Assembly (NCBI GenBank): GCA_965235115.1
Contig: OZ249436.1
Location: forward strand, 24,740,001-24,804,000
DNA length: 64,000 nt
Reading direction: 5' to 3'
Source: Laetmonice hystrix
Taxonomy: Eukaryota
Shown: positions 12,501 to 27,100 of the stretch, piece after piece
Numbering within the stretch: the first letter of the stretch is position 1
Layout: every line of letters begins with the position of its first letter
Program-made: the position numbers and the translations under genes
The notes under the pieces: generated by a model
The model's input: only the letters and a program-made list of their open reading frames with translations
The model's database searches: none
Told to the model about the DNA's origin: nothing

Positions 12501-14038
12501 TCCCTGTGCACCTAGTAGCACACAAGCGGGCCCAATTTTGACATCCCAACACAAATACCGCAAATACCCGCCTAATGGCACAAAAAACTTTCTACCCCGT
12601 TGCAAGTCACATTAGCGTGCTGCTTGTCGTAAAAAATGGTGCAGACCATTTCTAAAGTCACAGTACCCCACTCCCGTCCTAATATTACGTTTCAGTATCC
12701 ATATACGCTGCAAGCGGCAGGAACTCGAATACAGGCCTAAAAGTAACCTCAGTCTAGCAATATCATACTCCCATGCCATATACGAGCTTGTAATTATCTT
12801 TAATTAATGGGCTCCGCAGCACCAACCCACTGCATTAACATTTGTTTAACAGCTTAACGCACCTTGTAAAATTTTTTCAAGTGCGTAAAAATGCGTGTCC
12901 ACCTCCACATACTTTAAAAATCACTATACCCACCCAGCGACATCCACTCTAATACACGCCTAAAAGGAACTTCACTGTCCCATTTGATTCTCCAGCACGT
13001 ATAGGATGTTTCAAGTAACATTCATCCACGGTCTGGCCCAATAACGTGCAACAAGGCATAGTAAGTCAATGCGAGCTCGCATGTCAAACCTAACCCGCCC
13101 CCAAGCACATGAGCTGAAAATATTCAAATAGCTTGAAAACTAGAATATAGCTTTGCTTAATACCATTATACCATCAACTCGCATTACAGGCCTAATGCGA
13201 AGCTCCCAGCCTAAAACGAGTTTCCAATTAATTTAAAGTTAACAAGATGCACTAATAATCGATTCCAAGCCTAATTAGGCCATTGCTAGTTGGATAACCA
13301 AATCTCATACAAAATACACCCTCCCGGCAGATGACTTGAGAATATTCAACTCTTATGTCCGATATATCCCTGTCCGCTTTGTAGCACCCAGCCGGGCCCC
13401 CATTTTGACATTGCAACACCAATACAGCAAGTGCCCAGCTAACAGCACAAATAACAGGATTCAGGGCTTCCTACCACGTTACAAGTCACAATAGATTGCT
13501 GCCTGTCGTAAAAATATACCAGACCATTTTAAAAAGTCACAGAACCCCAATCCGGCCCTAATATGTCACTCCCAGTACCAATACACTCTGGAAGCACCAT
13601 CAACTGAAATTCAGGCCTAGAACCCACCTCTCTCTACCAATATCATGCACCTAGTCCGTATACGAGGTTGTAATTTACTTTAATCAACGGGCTGCGCCGC
13701 AGCAACCCACTCTGGTCTTTGCAATCTTTTTCAATATGCGTTAACATTTGTAACCAGCTCAACGCGCCTTGTAAAATTTTTCAAAGTGCGTAAAAGTGTG
13801 TGTCCACCCCGACACGCTTTCCAAACCACTATACCCACCGAGCGACATCCACTCAAATACAGGCTTCGACCGATCCTCACTGTGCCAATAATCCGCCACA
13901 AGGCAAATTCAGTCAATGCAAGCTGGAAAATCGAATGTCAAACCTAATGCTCCCCCCCCCCCCCAGCACGTTAACTGAAAATAATCAACTAGCTTGAAAA
14001 CTAGAATATAGCTTTGTTAAGCTAACAATCTACTCTCC
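3514..14038. repeat. Local higher-order repeat: 2-unit (~3507 bp) block in three copies (units 3-8)
   Basis: Units 3, 5 and 7 carry CCCGGCCTAA, CGCTTAGTAG and CCCCAAACCGG. Units 4, 6 and 8 carry CCCGTCCTAA, CGCTTTGTAG and CCCCAATCCGG. Confidence 0.85.
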
Positions 14039-15185
14039 CAGCGCCATCAACTCGCATACAGGCGTAAAAGCAAACGCACTGCCCCATATAATGCTCCCAG
14101 CCTAAAACGATGTTGCAATTAATTTAAAATTAACAAGATGCACTAGTAATCCGATCCAAGCCTAATTACGTCATTGCTAGTTTCATAACCAAATCTCACA
14201 GAAAATACCCCACCCGCGCACATAACCTGAAAATATTCAACTTTTATCTCCAATGTATCCCTGTGCACCTAGTAGCACCCAAGCGGGCCCAATTTTGACA
14301 TTCCAACACAAATACCGCAAATACCCGCCTAATGGCACAAAAAACTTTCTACCCCGTTGCAAGTCACATTAGCTTGCTGCTTGTCGTAAAAAATGGTGCA
14401 GACCATTTCTAAAGTCACAGTACCCCACTCCCGGCCTAATATTACGTTTCAGTATCCATATACGCTGCAAGCGGCAGGAACTCGAATACAGGCCTAAAAG
14501 TAACCCCAGTCTAGCAATATCATACTCTCATGCCATATACGAGCTTGTAATTATCTTTAATTAATGGGCTCCGCAGCACCAACCCACTGCATTAACATTT
14601 GTTTAACAGCTTAACGCACCTTGTAAAAAATTTTCAAGTGCGTAAAAATGCGTGTCCACCTCCACATACTTTAAAAATCACTATACCCACCCAGCGACAT
14701 TCACTCTAATACACGCCTAAGAGGAACTTCACTGTCCCATTTGATTCTCCAGCACGTATAGGATGTTTCAAGTAACATTTATCCACGGTCTGGCCCAATA
14801 ACGTGCAACAAGGCATAGTAAGTCAATGCGACCTCGCATGTCAAACCTAACCCGCCCCCCAGCACATGAGCTGGAGATATTCAAATAGCTTGAAAACTAG
14901 AATATAGCTTTGCTTAATACCATTATACCATCAACTCGCATTACAGGCCTAATGCGAAGCTCCCAGCCTAAAACGAGTTTCCAATTAATTTAAAGTTAAC
15001 AAGATGCACTAATAATCGATTCCAAGCCTAATTAGGCCATTGCTAGTTGGATAACCAAATCTCATACAAAATACACCCTCCCGGCAGATGACCTGAGAAT
15101 ATTCAACTCTTATGTCCGATATATCCCTGTCCGCTTAGTAGCACCCAGCCGGGCCCCCATTTTGACATTGCAACACCAATACAGC

Positions 15186-15187
15186 AA
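15186..15187. other. Junction of a private 12-bp deletion in unit 9
   Basis: The consensus AATACAGCAAGTGCCCAGCTAACAGCACAAA reads AATACAGCAACAGCACAAA here. The downstream ORF offset in this unit is 1437 instead of 1449. Confidence 0.92.
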
Positions 15188-18100
15188 CAGCACAAATAAC
15201 AGGATTCAGGGCTTCCTACCACGTTACAAGTCACAATAGATTGCTGCCTGTCGTAAAAATATACCAGACCATTTTAAAAAGTCACAGAACCCCAATCCGG
15301 CCCTAATATGTCACTCCCAGTACCAATAGACGCTGGAAGCACCATCAACTGAAATTCAGGCCTAGAACCCACCTCTCTCTACCAATATCATGCACCTAGT
15401 CCGTATACGAGGTTGTAATTTACTTTAATCAACGGGCTGCGCCGCAGCAACCCACTCTGGTCTTTGCAATCTTTTTCAATATGCGTTAACATTTGTGACC
15501 AGCTCAACGCGCCTTGTAAAATTTTTCAAAGTGCGTAAAAGTGTGTGTCCACCCCGACACGCTTTCCAAACCACTATACCCACCGAGCGACATCCACTCA
15601 AATACAGGCTTCGACCGATCCTCACTGTGCCAATAATCCGCCACAAGGCAAATTCAGTCAATGCAAGCTGGAAAATCGAATGTCAAACCTAATGCTCCCC
15701 CCCCCAGCACGTTAACTGAAAAAAATCAACTAGCTTGAAAACTAGAATATAGCTTTGTTTAGCTAACAATCTACTCTCCCAGCGCCATCAACTCGCATAC
15801 AGGCGTAAAAGCAAACGCACTGCCGCATATAATGCTCCCAGCATAAAACGATGTTGCAATTAATTTAAAATTAACAAGATGCACTAGTAATCCGATCCAA
15901 GCCTAATTACGTCATTGCTAGTTTCATAACCAAATCTCACAGAAAATACCCCACCCGCGCACATAACCTGAAAATATTCAACTTTTATCTCCAATGTATC
16001 CCTGTGCACCTAGTAGCACCCAAGCGGGCCCAATTTTGACATTCCAACACAAATACCGCAAATACCCGCCTAATGGCACAAAAAACTTTCTACCCCGTTG
16101 CAAGTCACATTAGCTTGCTGCTTGTCGTAAAAAATGGTGCAGACCATTTCTAAAGTCACAGTACCCCACTCCCGGCCTAATATTACGTTTCAGTATCCAT
16201 ATACGCTGCAAGCGGCAGGAACTCGAATACAGGCCTAAAAGTAACCCCAGTCTAGCAATATCATACTCTCATGCCATATACGAGCTTGTAATTATCTTTA
16301 ATTAATGGGCTCCGCAGCACCAACCCACTGCATTAACATTTGTTTAACAGCTTAACGCACCTTGTAAAAAAATTTTCAAGTGCGTAAAAATGCGTGTCCA
16401 CCTCCACATACTTTAAAAATCACTATACCCACCCAGCGACATTCACTCTAATACACGCCTAAGAGGAACTTTACTGTCCCATTTGATTCTCCAGCACGTA
16501 TAGGATGTTTCAAGTAACATTTATCCACGGTCTGGCCCAATAACGTGCAACAAGGCATAGTAAGTCAATGCGAGCTCGCATGTCAAACCTAACCCGCCCC
16601 CCAGCACATGAGCTGAAAATATTCAAATAGCTTGAAAACTAGAATATAGCTTTGCTTAATACCATTATACCATCAACTCGCATTACAGGCCTAATGCGAA
16701 GCTCCCAGCCTAAAACGAGTTTCCAATTAATTTAAAGTTAACAAGATGCACTAATAATCGATTCCAAGCCTAATTAGGCCATTGCTAGTTGGATAACCAA
16801 ATCTCATACAAAATACACCCTCCCGGCAGATGACCTGAGAATATTCAACTCTTATGTCCGATATATCCCTGTCCGCTTAGTAGCACCCAGCCGGGCCCCC
16901 ATTTTGACATTGCAACACCAATACAGCAAGTGCCCAGCTAACAGCACAAATAACAGGATTCAGGGCTTCCTACCACGTTACAAGTCACAATAGATTGCTG
17001 CCTGTCGTAAAAATATACCAGACCATTTTAAAAAGTCACAGAACCCCAATCCGGCCCTAATATGTCACTCCCAGTACCAATAGACGCTGGAAGCACCATC
17101 AACTGAAATTCAGGCCTAGAACCCACCTCTCTCTACCAATATCATGCACCTAGTCCGTATACGAGGTTGTAATTTACTTTAATCAACGGGCTGCGCCGCA
17201 GCAACCCACTCTGGTCTTTGCAATCTTTTTCAATATGCGTTAACATTTGTGACCAGCTCAACTCGCCTTGTAAAATTTTTCAAAGTGCGTAAAAGTGTGT
17301 GTCCACCCCGACACGCTTTCCAAACCACTATACCCACCGAGCGACATCCACTCAAATACAGGCTTCGACCGATCCTCACTGTGCCAATAATCCGCCACAA
17401 GGCAAATTCAGTCAATGCAAGCTGGAAAATCGAATGTCAAACCTAATGCTCCCCCCCCCCCAGCACGTTAACTGAAAATAATTAACTAGCTTGAAAACTA
17501 GAATATAGCTTTGTTAAGCTAACAATCTACTCTCCCAGCGCCATCAACTCGCATACAGGCGTAAAAGCAAACGCACTGCCCCATATAATGCTCCCAGCCT
17601 AAAACGATGTTGCAATTAATTTAAAATTAACAAGATGCACTAGTAATCCGATCCAAGCCTAATTACGTCATTGCTAGTTTCATAACCAAATCTCACAGAA
17701 AATACCCCACCCGCGCACATAACCTGAAAATATTCAACTTTTATCTCCAATGTATCCCTGTGCACCTAGTAGCACCCAAGCGGGCCCAATTTTGACATTC
17801 CAACACAAATACCGCAAATACCCGCCTAATGGCACAAAAAACTTTCTACCCCGTTGCAAGTCACATTAGCTTGCTGCTTGTCGTAAAAAATGGTGCAGAC
17901 CATTTCTAAAGTCACAGTACCCCACTCCCGGCCTAATATTACGTTTCAGTATCCATATACGCTGCAAGCGGCAGGAACTCGAATACAGGCCTAAAAGTAA
18001 CCCCAGTCTAGCAATATCATACTCTCATGCCATATACGAGCTTGTAATTATCTTTAATTAATGGGCTCCGCAGCACCAACCCACTGCATTAACATTTGTT

Positions 18101-21100
18101 TAACAGCTTAACGCACCTTGTAAAAAATTTTCAAGTGCGTAAAAATGCGTGTCCACCTCCACATACTTTAAAAATCACTATACCCACCCAGCGACATTCA
18201 CTCTAATACACGCCTAAGAGGAACTTCACTGTCCCATTTGATTCTCCAGCACGTATAGGATGTTTCAAGTAACATTTATCCACGGTCTGGCCCAATAACG
18301 TGCAACAAGGCATAGTAAGTCAATGCGACCTCGCATGTCAAACCTAACCCGCCCCCCAGCACATGAGCTGGAGATATTCAAATAGCTTGAAAACTAGAAT
18401 ATAGCTTTGCTTAATACCATTATACCATCAACTCGCATTACAGGCCTAATGCGAAGCTCCCAGCCTAAAACGAGTTTCCAATTAATTTAAAGTTAACAAG
18501 ATGCACTAATAATCGATTCCAAGCCTAATTAGGCCATTGCTAGTTGGATAACCAAATCTCATACAAAATACACCCTCCCGGCAGATGACCTGAGAATATT
18601 CAACTCTTATGTCCGATATATCCCTGTCCGCTTAGTAGCACCCAGCCGGGCCCCCATTTTGACATTGCAACACCAATACAGCAAGTGCCCAGCTAACAGC
18701 ACAAATAACAGGATTCAGGGCTTCCTACCACGTTACAAGTCACAATAGATTGCTGCCTGTCGTAAAAATATACCAGACCATTTTAAAAAGTCACAGAACC
18801 CCAATCCGGCCCTAATATGTCACTCCCAGTACCAATAGACGCTGGAAGCACCATCAACTGAAATTCAGGCCTAGAACCCACCTCTCTCTACCAATATCAT
18901 GCACCTAGTCCGTATACGAGGTTGTAATTTACTTTAATCAACGGGCTGCGCCGCAGCAACCCACTCTGGTCTTTGCAATCTTTTTCAATATGCGTTAACA
19001 TTTGTGACCAGCTCAACGCGCCTTGTAAAATTTTTCAAAGTGCGTAAAAGTGTGTGTCCACCCCGACACGCTTTCCAAACCACTATACCCACCGAGCGAC
19101 ATCCACTCAAATACAGGCTTCGACCGATCCTCACTGTGCCAATAATCCGCCACAAGGCAAATTCAGTCAATGCAAGCTGGAAAATCGAATGTCAAACCTA
19201 ATGCTCCCCCCCCCCAGCACGTTAACTGAAAATAATCAACTAGCTTGAAAACTAGAATATAGCTTTGTTAAGCTAACAATCTACTCTCCCAGCGCCATCA
19301 ACTCGCATACAGGCGTAAAAGCAAACGCACTGCCCCATATAATGCTCCCAGCCTAAAACGATGTTGCAATTAATTTAAAATTAACAAGATGCACTAGTAA
19401 TCCGATCCAAGCCTAATTACGTCATTGCTAGTTTCATAACCAAATCTCACAGAAAATACCCCACCCGCGCACATAACCTGAAAATATTCAACTTTTATCT
19501 CCAATGTATCCCTGTGCACCTAGTAGCACCCAAGCGGGCCCAATTTTGACATTCCAACACAAATACCGCAAATACCCGCCTAATGGCACAAAAAACTTTC
19601 TACCCCGTTGCAAGTCACATTAGCTTGCTGCTTGTCGTAAAAAATGGTGCAGACCATTTCTAAAGTCACAGTACCCCACTCCCGGCCTAATATTACGTTT
19701 CAGTATCCATATACGCTGCAAGCGGCAGGAACTCGAATACAGGCCTAAAAGTAACCCCAGTCTAGCAATATCATACTCTCATGCCATATACGAGCTTGTA
19801 ATTATCTTTAATTAATGGGCTCCGCAGCACCAACCCACTGCATTAACATTTGTTTAACAGCTTAACGCACCTTGTAAAAAATTTTCAAGTGCGTAAAAAT
19901 GCGTGTCCACCTCCATATACTTTAAAAATCACTATACCCACCCAGCGACATTCACTCTAATACACGCCTAAGAGGAACTTCACTGTCCCATTTGATTCTC
20001 CAGCACGTATAGGATGTTTCAAGTAACATTTATCCACGGTCTGGCCCAATAACGTGCAACAAGGCATAGTAAGTCAATGCGACCTCGCATGTCAAACCTA
20101 ACCCGCCCCCCAGCACATGAGCTGGAGATATTCAAATAGCTTGAAAACTAGAATATAGCTTTGCTTAATACCATTATACCATCAACTCGCATTACAGGCC
20201 TAATGCGAAGCTCCCAGCCTAAAACGAGTTTCCAATTAATTTAAAGTTAACAAGATGCACTAATAATCGATTCCAAGCCTAATTAGGCCATTGCTAGTTG
20301 GATAACCAAATCTCATACAAAATACACCCTCCCGGCAGATGACCTGAGAATATTCAACTCTTATGTCCGATATATCCCTGTCCGCTTAGTAGCACCCAGC
20401 CGGGCCCCCATTTTGACATTGCAACACCAATACAGCAAGTGCCCAGCTAACAGCACAAATAACAGGATTCAGGGCTTCCTACCACGTTACAAGTCACAAT
20501 AGATTGCTGCCTGTCGTAAAAATATACCAGACCATTTTAAAAAGTCACAGAACCCCAATCCGGCCCTAATATGTCACTCCCAGTACCAATAGACGCTGGA
20601 AGCACCATCAACTGAAATTCAGGCCTAGAACCCACCTCTCTCTACCAATATCATGCACCTAGTCCGTATACGAGGTTGTAATTTACTTTAATCAACGGGC
20701 TGCGCCGCAGCAACCCACTCTGGTCTTTGCAATCTTTTTCAATATGCGTTAACATTTGTGACCAGCTCAACGCGCCTTGTAAAATTTTTCAAAGTGCGTA
20801 AAAGTGTGTGTCCACCCCGACACGCTTTCCAAACCACTATACCCACCGAGCGACATCCACTCAAATACAGGCTTCGACCGATCCTCACTGTGCCAATAAT
20901 CCGCCACAAGGCAAATTCAGTCAATGCAAGCTGGAAAATCGAATGTCAAACCTAATGCTCCCCCCCCCCAGCACGTTAACTGAAAATAATCAACTAGCTT
21001 GAAAACTAGAATATAGCTTTGTTAAGCTAACAATCTACTCTCCCAGCGCCATCAACTCGCATACAGGCGTAAAAGCAAACGCACTGCCCCATATAATGCT

Positions 21101-24100
21101 CCCAGCCTAAAACGATGTTGCAATTAATTTAAAATTAACAAGATGCACTAGTAATCCGATCCAAGCCTAATTACGTCATTGCTAGTTTCATAACCAAATC
21201 TCACAGAAAATACCCCACCCGCGCACATAACCTGAAAATATTCAACTTTTATCTCCAATGTATCCCTGTGCACCTAGTAGCACCCAAGCGGGCCCAATTT
21301 TGACATTCCAACACAAATACCGCAAATACCCGCCTAATGGCACAAAAAACTTTCTACCCCGTTGCAAGTCACATTAGCTTGCTGCTTGTCGTAAAAAATG
21401 GTGCAGACCATTTCTAAAGTCACAGTACCCCACTCCCGGCCTAATATTACGTTTCAGTATCCATATACGCTGCAAGCGGCAGGAACTCGAATACAGGCCT
21501 AAAAGTAACCCCAGTCTAGCAATATCATACTCTCATGCCATATACGAGCTTGTAATTATCTTTAATTAATGGGCTCCGCAGCACCAACCCACTGCATTAA
21601 CATTTGTTTAACAGCTTAACGCACCTTGTAAAAAATTTTCAAGTGCGTAAAAATGCGTGTCCACCTCCACATACTTTAAAAATCACTATACCCACCCAGC
21701 GACATTCACTCTAATACACGCCTAAGAGGAACTTCACTGTCCCATTTGATTCTCCAGCACGTATAGGATGTTTCAAGTAACATTTATCCACGGTCTGGCC
21801 CAATAACGTGCAACAAGGCATAGTAAGTCAATGCGACCTCGCATGTCAAACCTAACCCGCCCCCCAGCACATGAGCTGGAGATATTCAAATAGCTTGAAA
21901 ACTAGAATATAGCTTTGCTTAATACCATTATACCATCAACTCGCATTACAGGCCTAATGCGAAGCTCCCAGCCTAAAACGAGTTTCCAATTAATTTAAAG
22001 TTAACAAGATGCACTAATAATCGATTCCAAGCCTAATTAGGCCATTGCTAGTTGGATAACCAAATCTCATACAAAATACACCCTCCCGGCAGATGACCTG
22101 AGAATATTCAACTCTTATGTCCGATATATCCCTGTCCGCTTAGTAGCACCCAGCCGGGCCCCCATTTTGACATTGCAACACCAATACAGCAAGTGCCCAG
22201 CTAACAGCACAAATAACAGGATTCAGGGCTTCCTACCACGTTACAAGTCACAATAGATTGCTGCCTGTCGTAAAAATATACCAGACCATTTTAAAAAGTC
22301 ACAGAACCCCAATCCGGCCCTAATATGTCACTCCCAGTACCAATAGACGCTGGAAGCACCATCAACTGAAATTCAGGCCTAGAACCCACCTCTCTCTACC
22401 AATATCATGCACCTAGTCCGTATACGAGGTTGTAATTTACTTTAATCAACGGGCTGCGCCGCAGCAACCCACTCTGGTCTTTGCAATCTTTTTCAATATG
22501 CGTTAACATTTGTGACCAGCTCAACGCGCCTTGTAAAATTTTTCAAAGTGCGTAAAAGTGTGTGTCCACCCCGACACGCTTTCCAAACCACTATACCCAC
22601 CGAGCGACATCCACTCAAATACAGGCTTCGACCGATCCTCACTGTGCCAATAATCCGCCACAAGGCAAATTCAGTCAATGCAAGCTGGAAAATCGAATGT
22701 CAAACCTAATGCTCCCCCCCCCAGCACGTTAACTGAAAAAAATCAACTAGCTTGAAAACTAGAATATAGCTTTGTTTAGCTAACAATCTACTCTCCCAGC
22801 GCCATCAACTCGCATACAGGCGTAAAAGCAAACGCACTGCCCCATAAAATGCTCCCAGCCTAAGACGATGTTGCAATTAATTTAAGATTAACAAGATGCA
22901 CTAGTAATCCGATCCAAGCCTAATTACGTCATTGCTAGTTTCATAACCAAATCTCACAGAAAATACCCCACCCGCGCACATAACCTGAAAATATTCAACT
23001 TTTATCTCCAATGTATCCCTGTGCACCTAGTAGCACACAAGCGGGCCCAATTTTGACATCCCAACACAAATACCGCAAATACCCGCCTAATGGCACAAAA
23101 AACTTTCTACCCCGTTGCAAGTCACATTAGCGTGCTGCTTGTCGTAAAAAATGGTGCAGACCATTTCTAAAGTCACAGTACCCCACTCCCGTCCTAATAT
23201 TACGTTTCAGTATCCATATACGCTGCAAGCGGCAGGAACTCGAATACAGGCCTAAAAGTAACCTCAGTCTAGCAATATCATACTCCCATGCCATATACGA
23301 GCTTGTAATTATCTTTAATTAATGGGCTCCGCACCACCAACCCACTGCATTAACATTTGTTTAACAGCTTAACGCACCTTGTAAAATTTTTTCAAGTGCG
23401 TAAAAATGCGTGTCCACCTCCACATACTTTAAAAATCACTATACCCACCCAGCGACATCCACTCTAATACACGCCTAAAAGGAACTTCACTGTCCCATTT
23501 GATTCTCCAGCACGTATAGGATGTTTCAAGTAACATTCATCCACGGTCTGGCCCAATAACGTGCAACAAGGCATAGTAAGTCAATGCGAGCTCGCATGTC
23601 AAACCTAACCCGCCCCCAAGCACATGAGCTGAAAATATTCAAATAGCTTGAAAACTAGAATATAGCTTTGCTTAATACCATTATACCATCAACTCGCATT
23701 ACAGGCCTAATGCGAAGCTCCCAGCCTAAAACGAGTTTCCAATTAATTTAAAGTTAACAAGATGCACTAATAATCGATTCCAAGCCTAATTAGGCCATTG
23801 CTAGTTGGATAACCAAATCTCATACAAAATACACCCTCCCGGCAGATGACCTGAGAATATTCAACTCTTATGTCCGATATATCCCTGTCCGCTTTGTAGC
23901 ACCCAGCCGGGCCCCCATTTTGACATTGCAACACCAATACAGCAAGTGCCCAGCTAACAGCACAAATAACAGGATTCAGGGCTTCCTACCACGTTACAAG
24001 TCACAATAGATTGCTGCCTGTCGTAAAAATATACCAGACCATTTTAAAAAGTCACAGAACCCCAATCCGGCCCTAATATGTCACTCCCAGTACCAATACA

Positions 24101-27100
24101 CTCTGGAAGCACCATCAACTGAAATTCAGGCCTAGAACCCACCTCTCTCTACCAATATCATGCACCTAGTCCGTATACGAGGTTGTAATTTACTTTAATC
24201 AACGGGCTGCGCCGCAGCAACCCACTCTGGTCTTTGCAATCTTTTTCAATATGCGTTAACATTTGTAACCAGCTCAACGCGCCTTGTAAAATTTTTCAAA
24301 GTGCGTAAAAGTGTGTGTCCACCCCGACACGCTTTCCAAACCACTATACCCACCGAGCGACATCCACTCAAATACAGGCTTCGACCGATCCTCACTGTGC
24401 CAATAATCCGCCACAAGGCAAATTCAGTCAATGCAAGCTGGAAAATCGAATGTCAAACCTAATGCTCCCCCCCCCAGCACGTTAACTGAAAATAATCAAC
24501 TAGCTTGAAAACTAGAATATAGCTTTGTTAAGCTAACAATCTACTCTCCCAGCGCCATCAACTCGCATACAGGCGTAAAAGCAAACGCACTGCCCCATAT
24601 AATGCTCCCAGCCTAAAACGATGTTGCAATTAATTTAAAATTAACAAGATGCACTAGTAATCCGATCCAAGCCTAATTACGTCATTGCTAGTTTCATAAC
24701 CAAATCTCACAGAAAATACCCCACCCGCGCACATAACCTGAAAATATTCAACTTTTATCTCCAATGTATCCCTGTGCACCTAGTAGCACCCAAGCGGGCC
24801 CAATTTTGACATTCCAACACAAATACCGCAAATACCCGCCTAATGGCACAAAAAACTTTCTACCCCGTTGCAAGTCACATTAGCTTGCTGCTTGTCGTAA
24901 AAAATGGTGCAGACCATTTCTAAAGTCACAGTACCCCACTCCCGGCCTAATATTACGTTTCAGTATCCATATACGCTGCAAGCGGCAGGAACTCGAATAC
25001 AGGCCTAAAAGTAACCCCAGTCTAGCAATATCATACTCTCATGCCATATACGAGCTTGTAATTATCTTTAAATAATGGGCTCCGCAGCACTAACCCACTG
25101 CATTAACATTTGTTTAACAGCTTAACGCACCTTGTAAAAAATTTTCAAGTGCGTAAAAATGCGTGTCCACCTCCACATACTTTAAAAATCACTATACCCA
25201 CCCAGCGACATTCACTCTAATACACGCCTAAGAGGAACTTTACTGTCCCATTTGATTCTCCAGCACGTATAGGATGTTTCAAGTAACATTCATCCACGGT
25301 CTGGCCCAATAACGTGCAACAAGGCATAGTAAGTCAATGCGAGCTCGCATGTCAAACCTAACCCGCCCCCAAGCACATGAGCTGAAAATATTCAAATAGC
25401 TTGAAAACTAGAATATAGCTTTGCTTAATACCATTATACCATCAACTCGCATTACAGGCCTAATGCGAAGCTCCCAGCCTAAAACGAGTTTCCAATTAAT
25501 TTAAAGTTAACAAGATGCACTAATAATCGATTCCAAGCCTAATTAGGCCATTGCTAGTTGGATAACCAAATCTCATACAAAATACACCCTCCCGGCAGAT
25601 GACCTGAGAATATTCAACTCTTATGTCCGATATATCCCTGTCCGCTTAGTAGCACCCAGCCGGGCCCCCATTTTGACATTGCAACACCAATACAGCAAGT
25701 GCCCAGCTAACAGCACAAATAACAGGATTCAGGGCTTCCTACCACGTTACAAGTCACAATAGATTGCTGCCTGTCGTAAAAATATACCAGACCATTTTAA
25801 AAAGTCACAGAACCCCAAACCGGCCCTAATATGTCACTCCCAGTACCAATAGACGCTGGAAGCACCATCAACTGAAATTCAGGCCTAGAACCCACCTCTC
25901 TCTACCAATATCATGCACCTAGTCCGTATACGAGGTTGTAATTTACTTTAATCAACGGGCTGCGCCGCAGCAACCCACTCTGGTCTTTGCAATCTTTTTC
26001 AATATGCGTTAACATTTGTAACCAGCTCAACGCGCCTTGTAAAATTTTTCAAAGTGCGTAAAAGTGTGTGTCCACCCCGACACGCTTTCCAAACCACTAT
26101 ACCCACCGAGCGACATCCACTCAAATACAGGCTTCGACCGATCCTCACTGTGCCAATAATCCGCCACAAGGCAAATTCAGTCAATGCAAGCTGGAAAATC
26201 GAATGTCAAACCTAATGCTCCCCCCCCCAGCACGTTAACTGAAAATAATCAACTAGCTTGAAAACTAGAATATAGCTTTGTTAAGCTAACAATCTACTCT
26301 CCCAGCGCCATCAACTCGCATACAGGCGTAAAAGCAAACGCACTGCCCCATATAATGCTCCCAGCCTAAAACGATGTTGCAATTAATTTAAAATTAACAA
26401 GATGCACTAGTAATCCGATCCAAGCCTAATTACGTCATTGCTAGTTTCATAACCAAATCTCACAGAAAATACCCCACCCGCGCACATAACCTGAAAATAT
26501 TCAACTTTTATCTCCAATGTATCCCTGTGCACCTAGTAGCACCCAAGCGGGCCCAATTTTGACATTCCAACACAAATACCGCAAATACCCGCCTAATGGC
26601 ACAAAAAACTTTCTACCCCGTTGCAAGTCACATTAGCTTGCTGCTTGTCGTAAAAAATGGTGCAGACCATTTCTAAAGTCACAGTACCCCACTCCCGGCC
26701 TAATATTACGTTTCAGTATCCATATACGCTGCAAGCGGCAGGAACTCGAATACAGGCCTAAAAGTAACCCCAGTCTAGCAATATCATACTCTCATGCCAT
26801 ATACGAGCTTGTAATTATCTTTAAATAATGGGCTCCGCAGCACTAACCCACTGCATTAACATTTGTTTAACAGCTTAACGCACCTTGTAAAAAATTTTCA
26901 AGTGCGTAAAAATGCGTGTCCACCTCCACATACTTTAAAAATCACTATACCCACCCAGCGACATTCACTCTAATACACGCCTAAGAGGAACTTCACTGTC
27001 CCATTTGATTCTCCAGCACGTATAGGATGTTTCAAGTAACATTCATCCACGGTCTGGCCCAATAACGTGCAACAAGGCATAGTAAGTCAATGCGAGCTCG

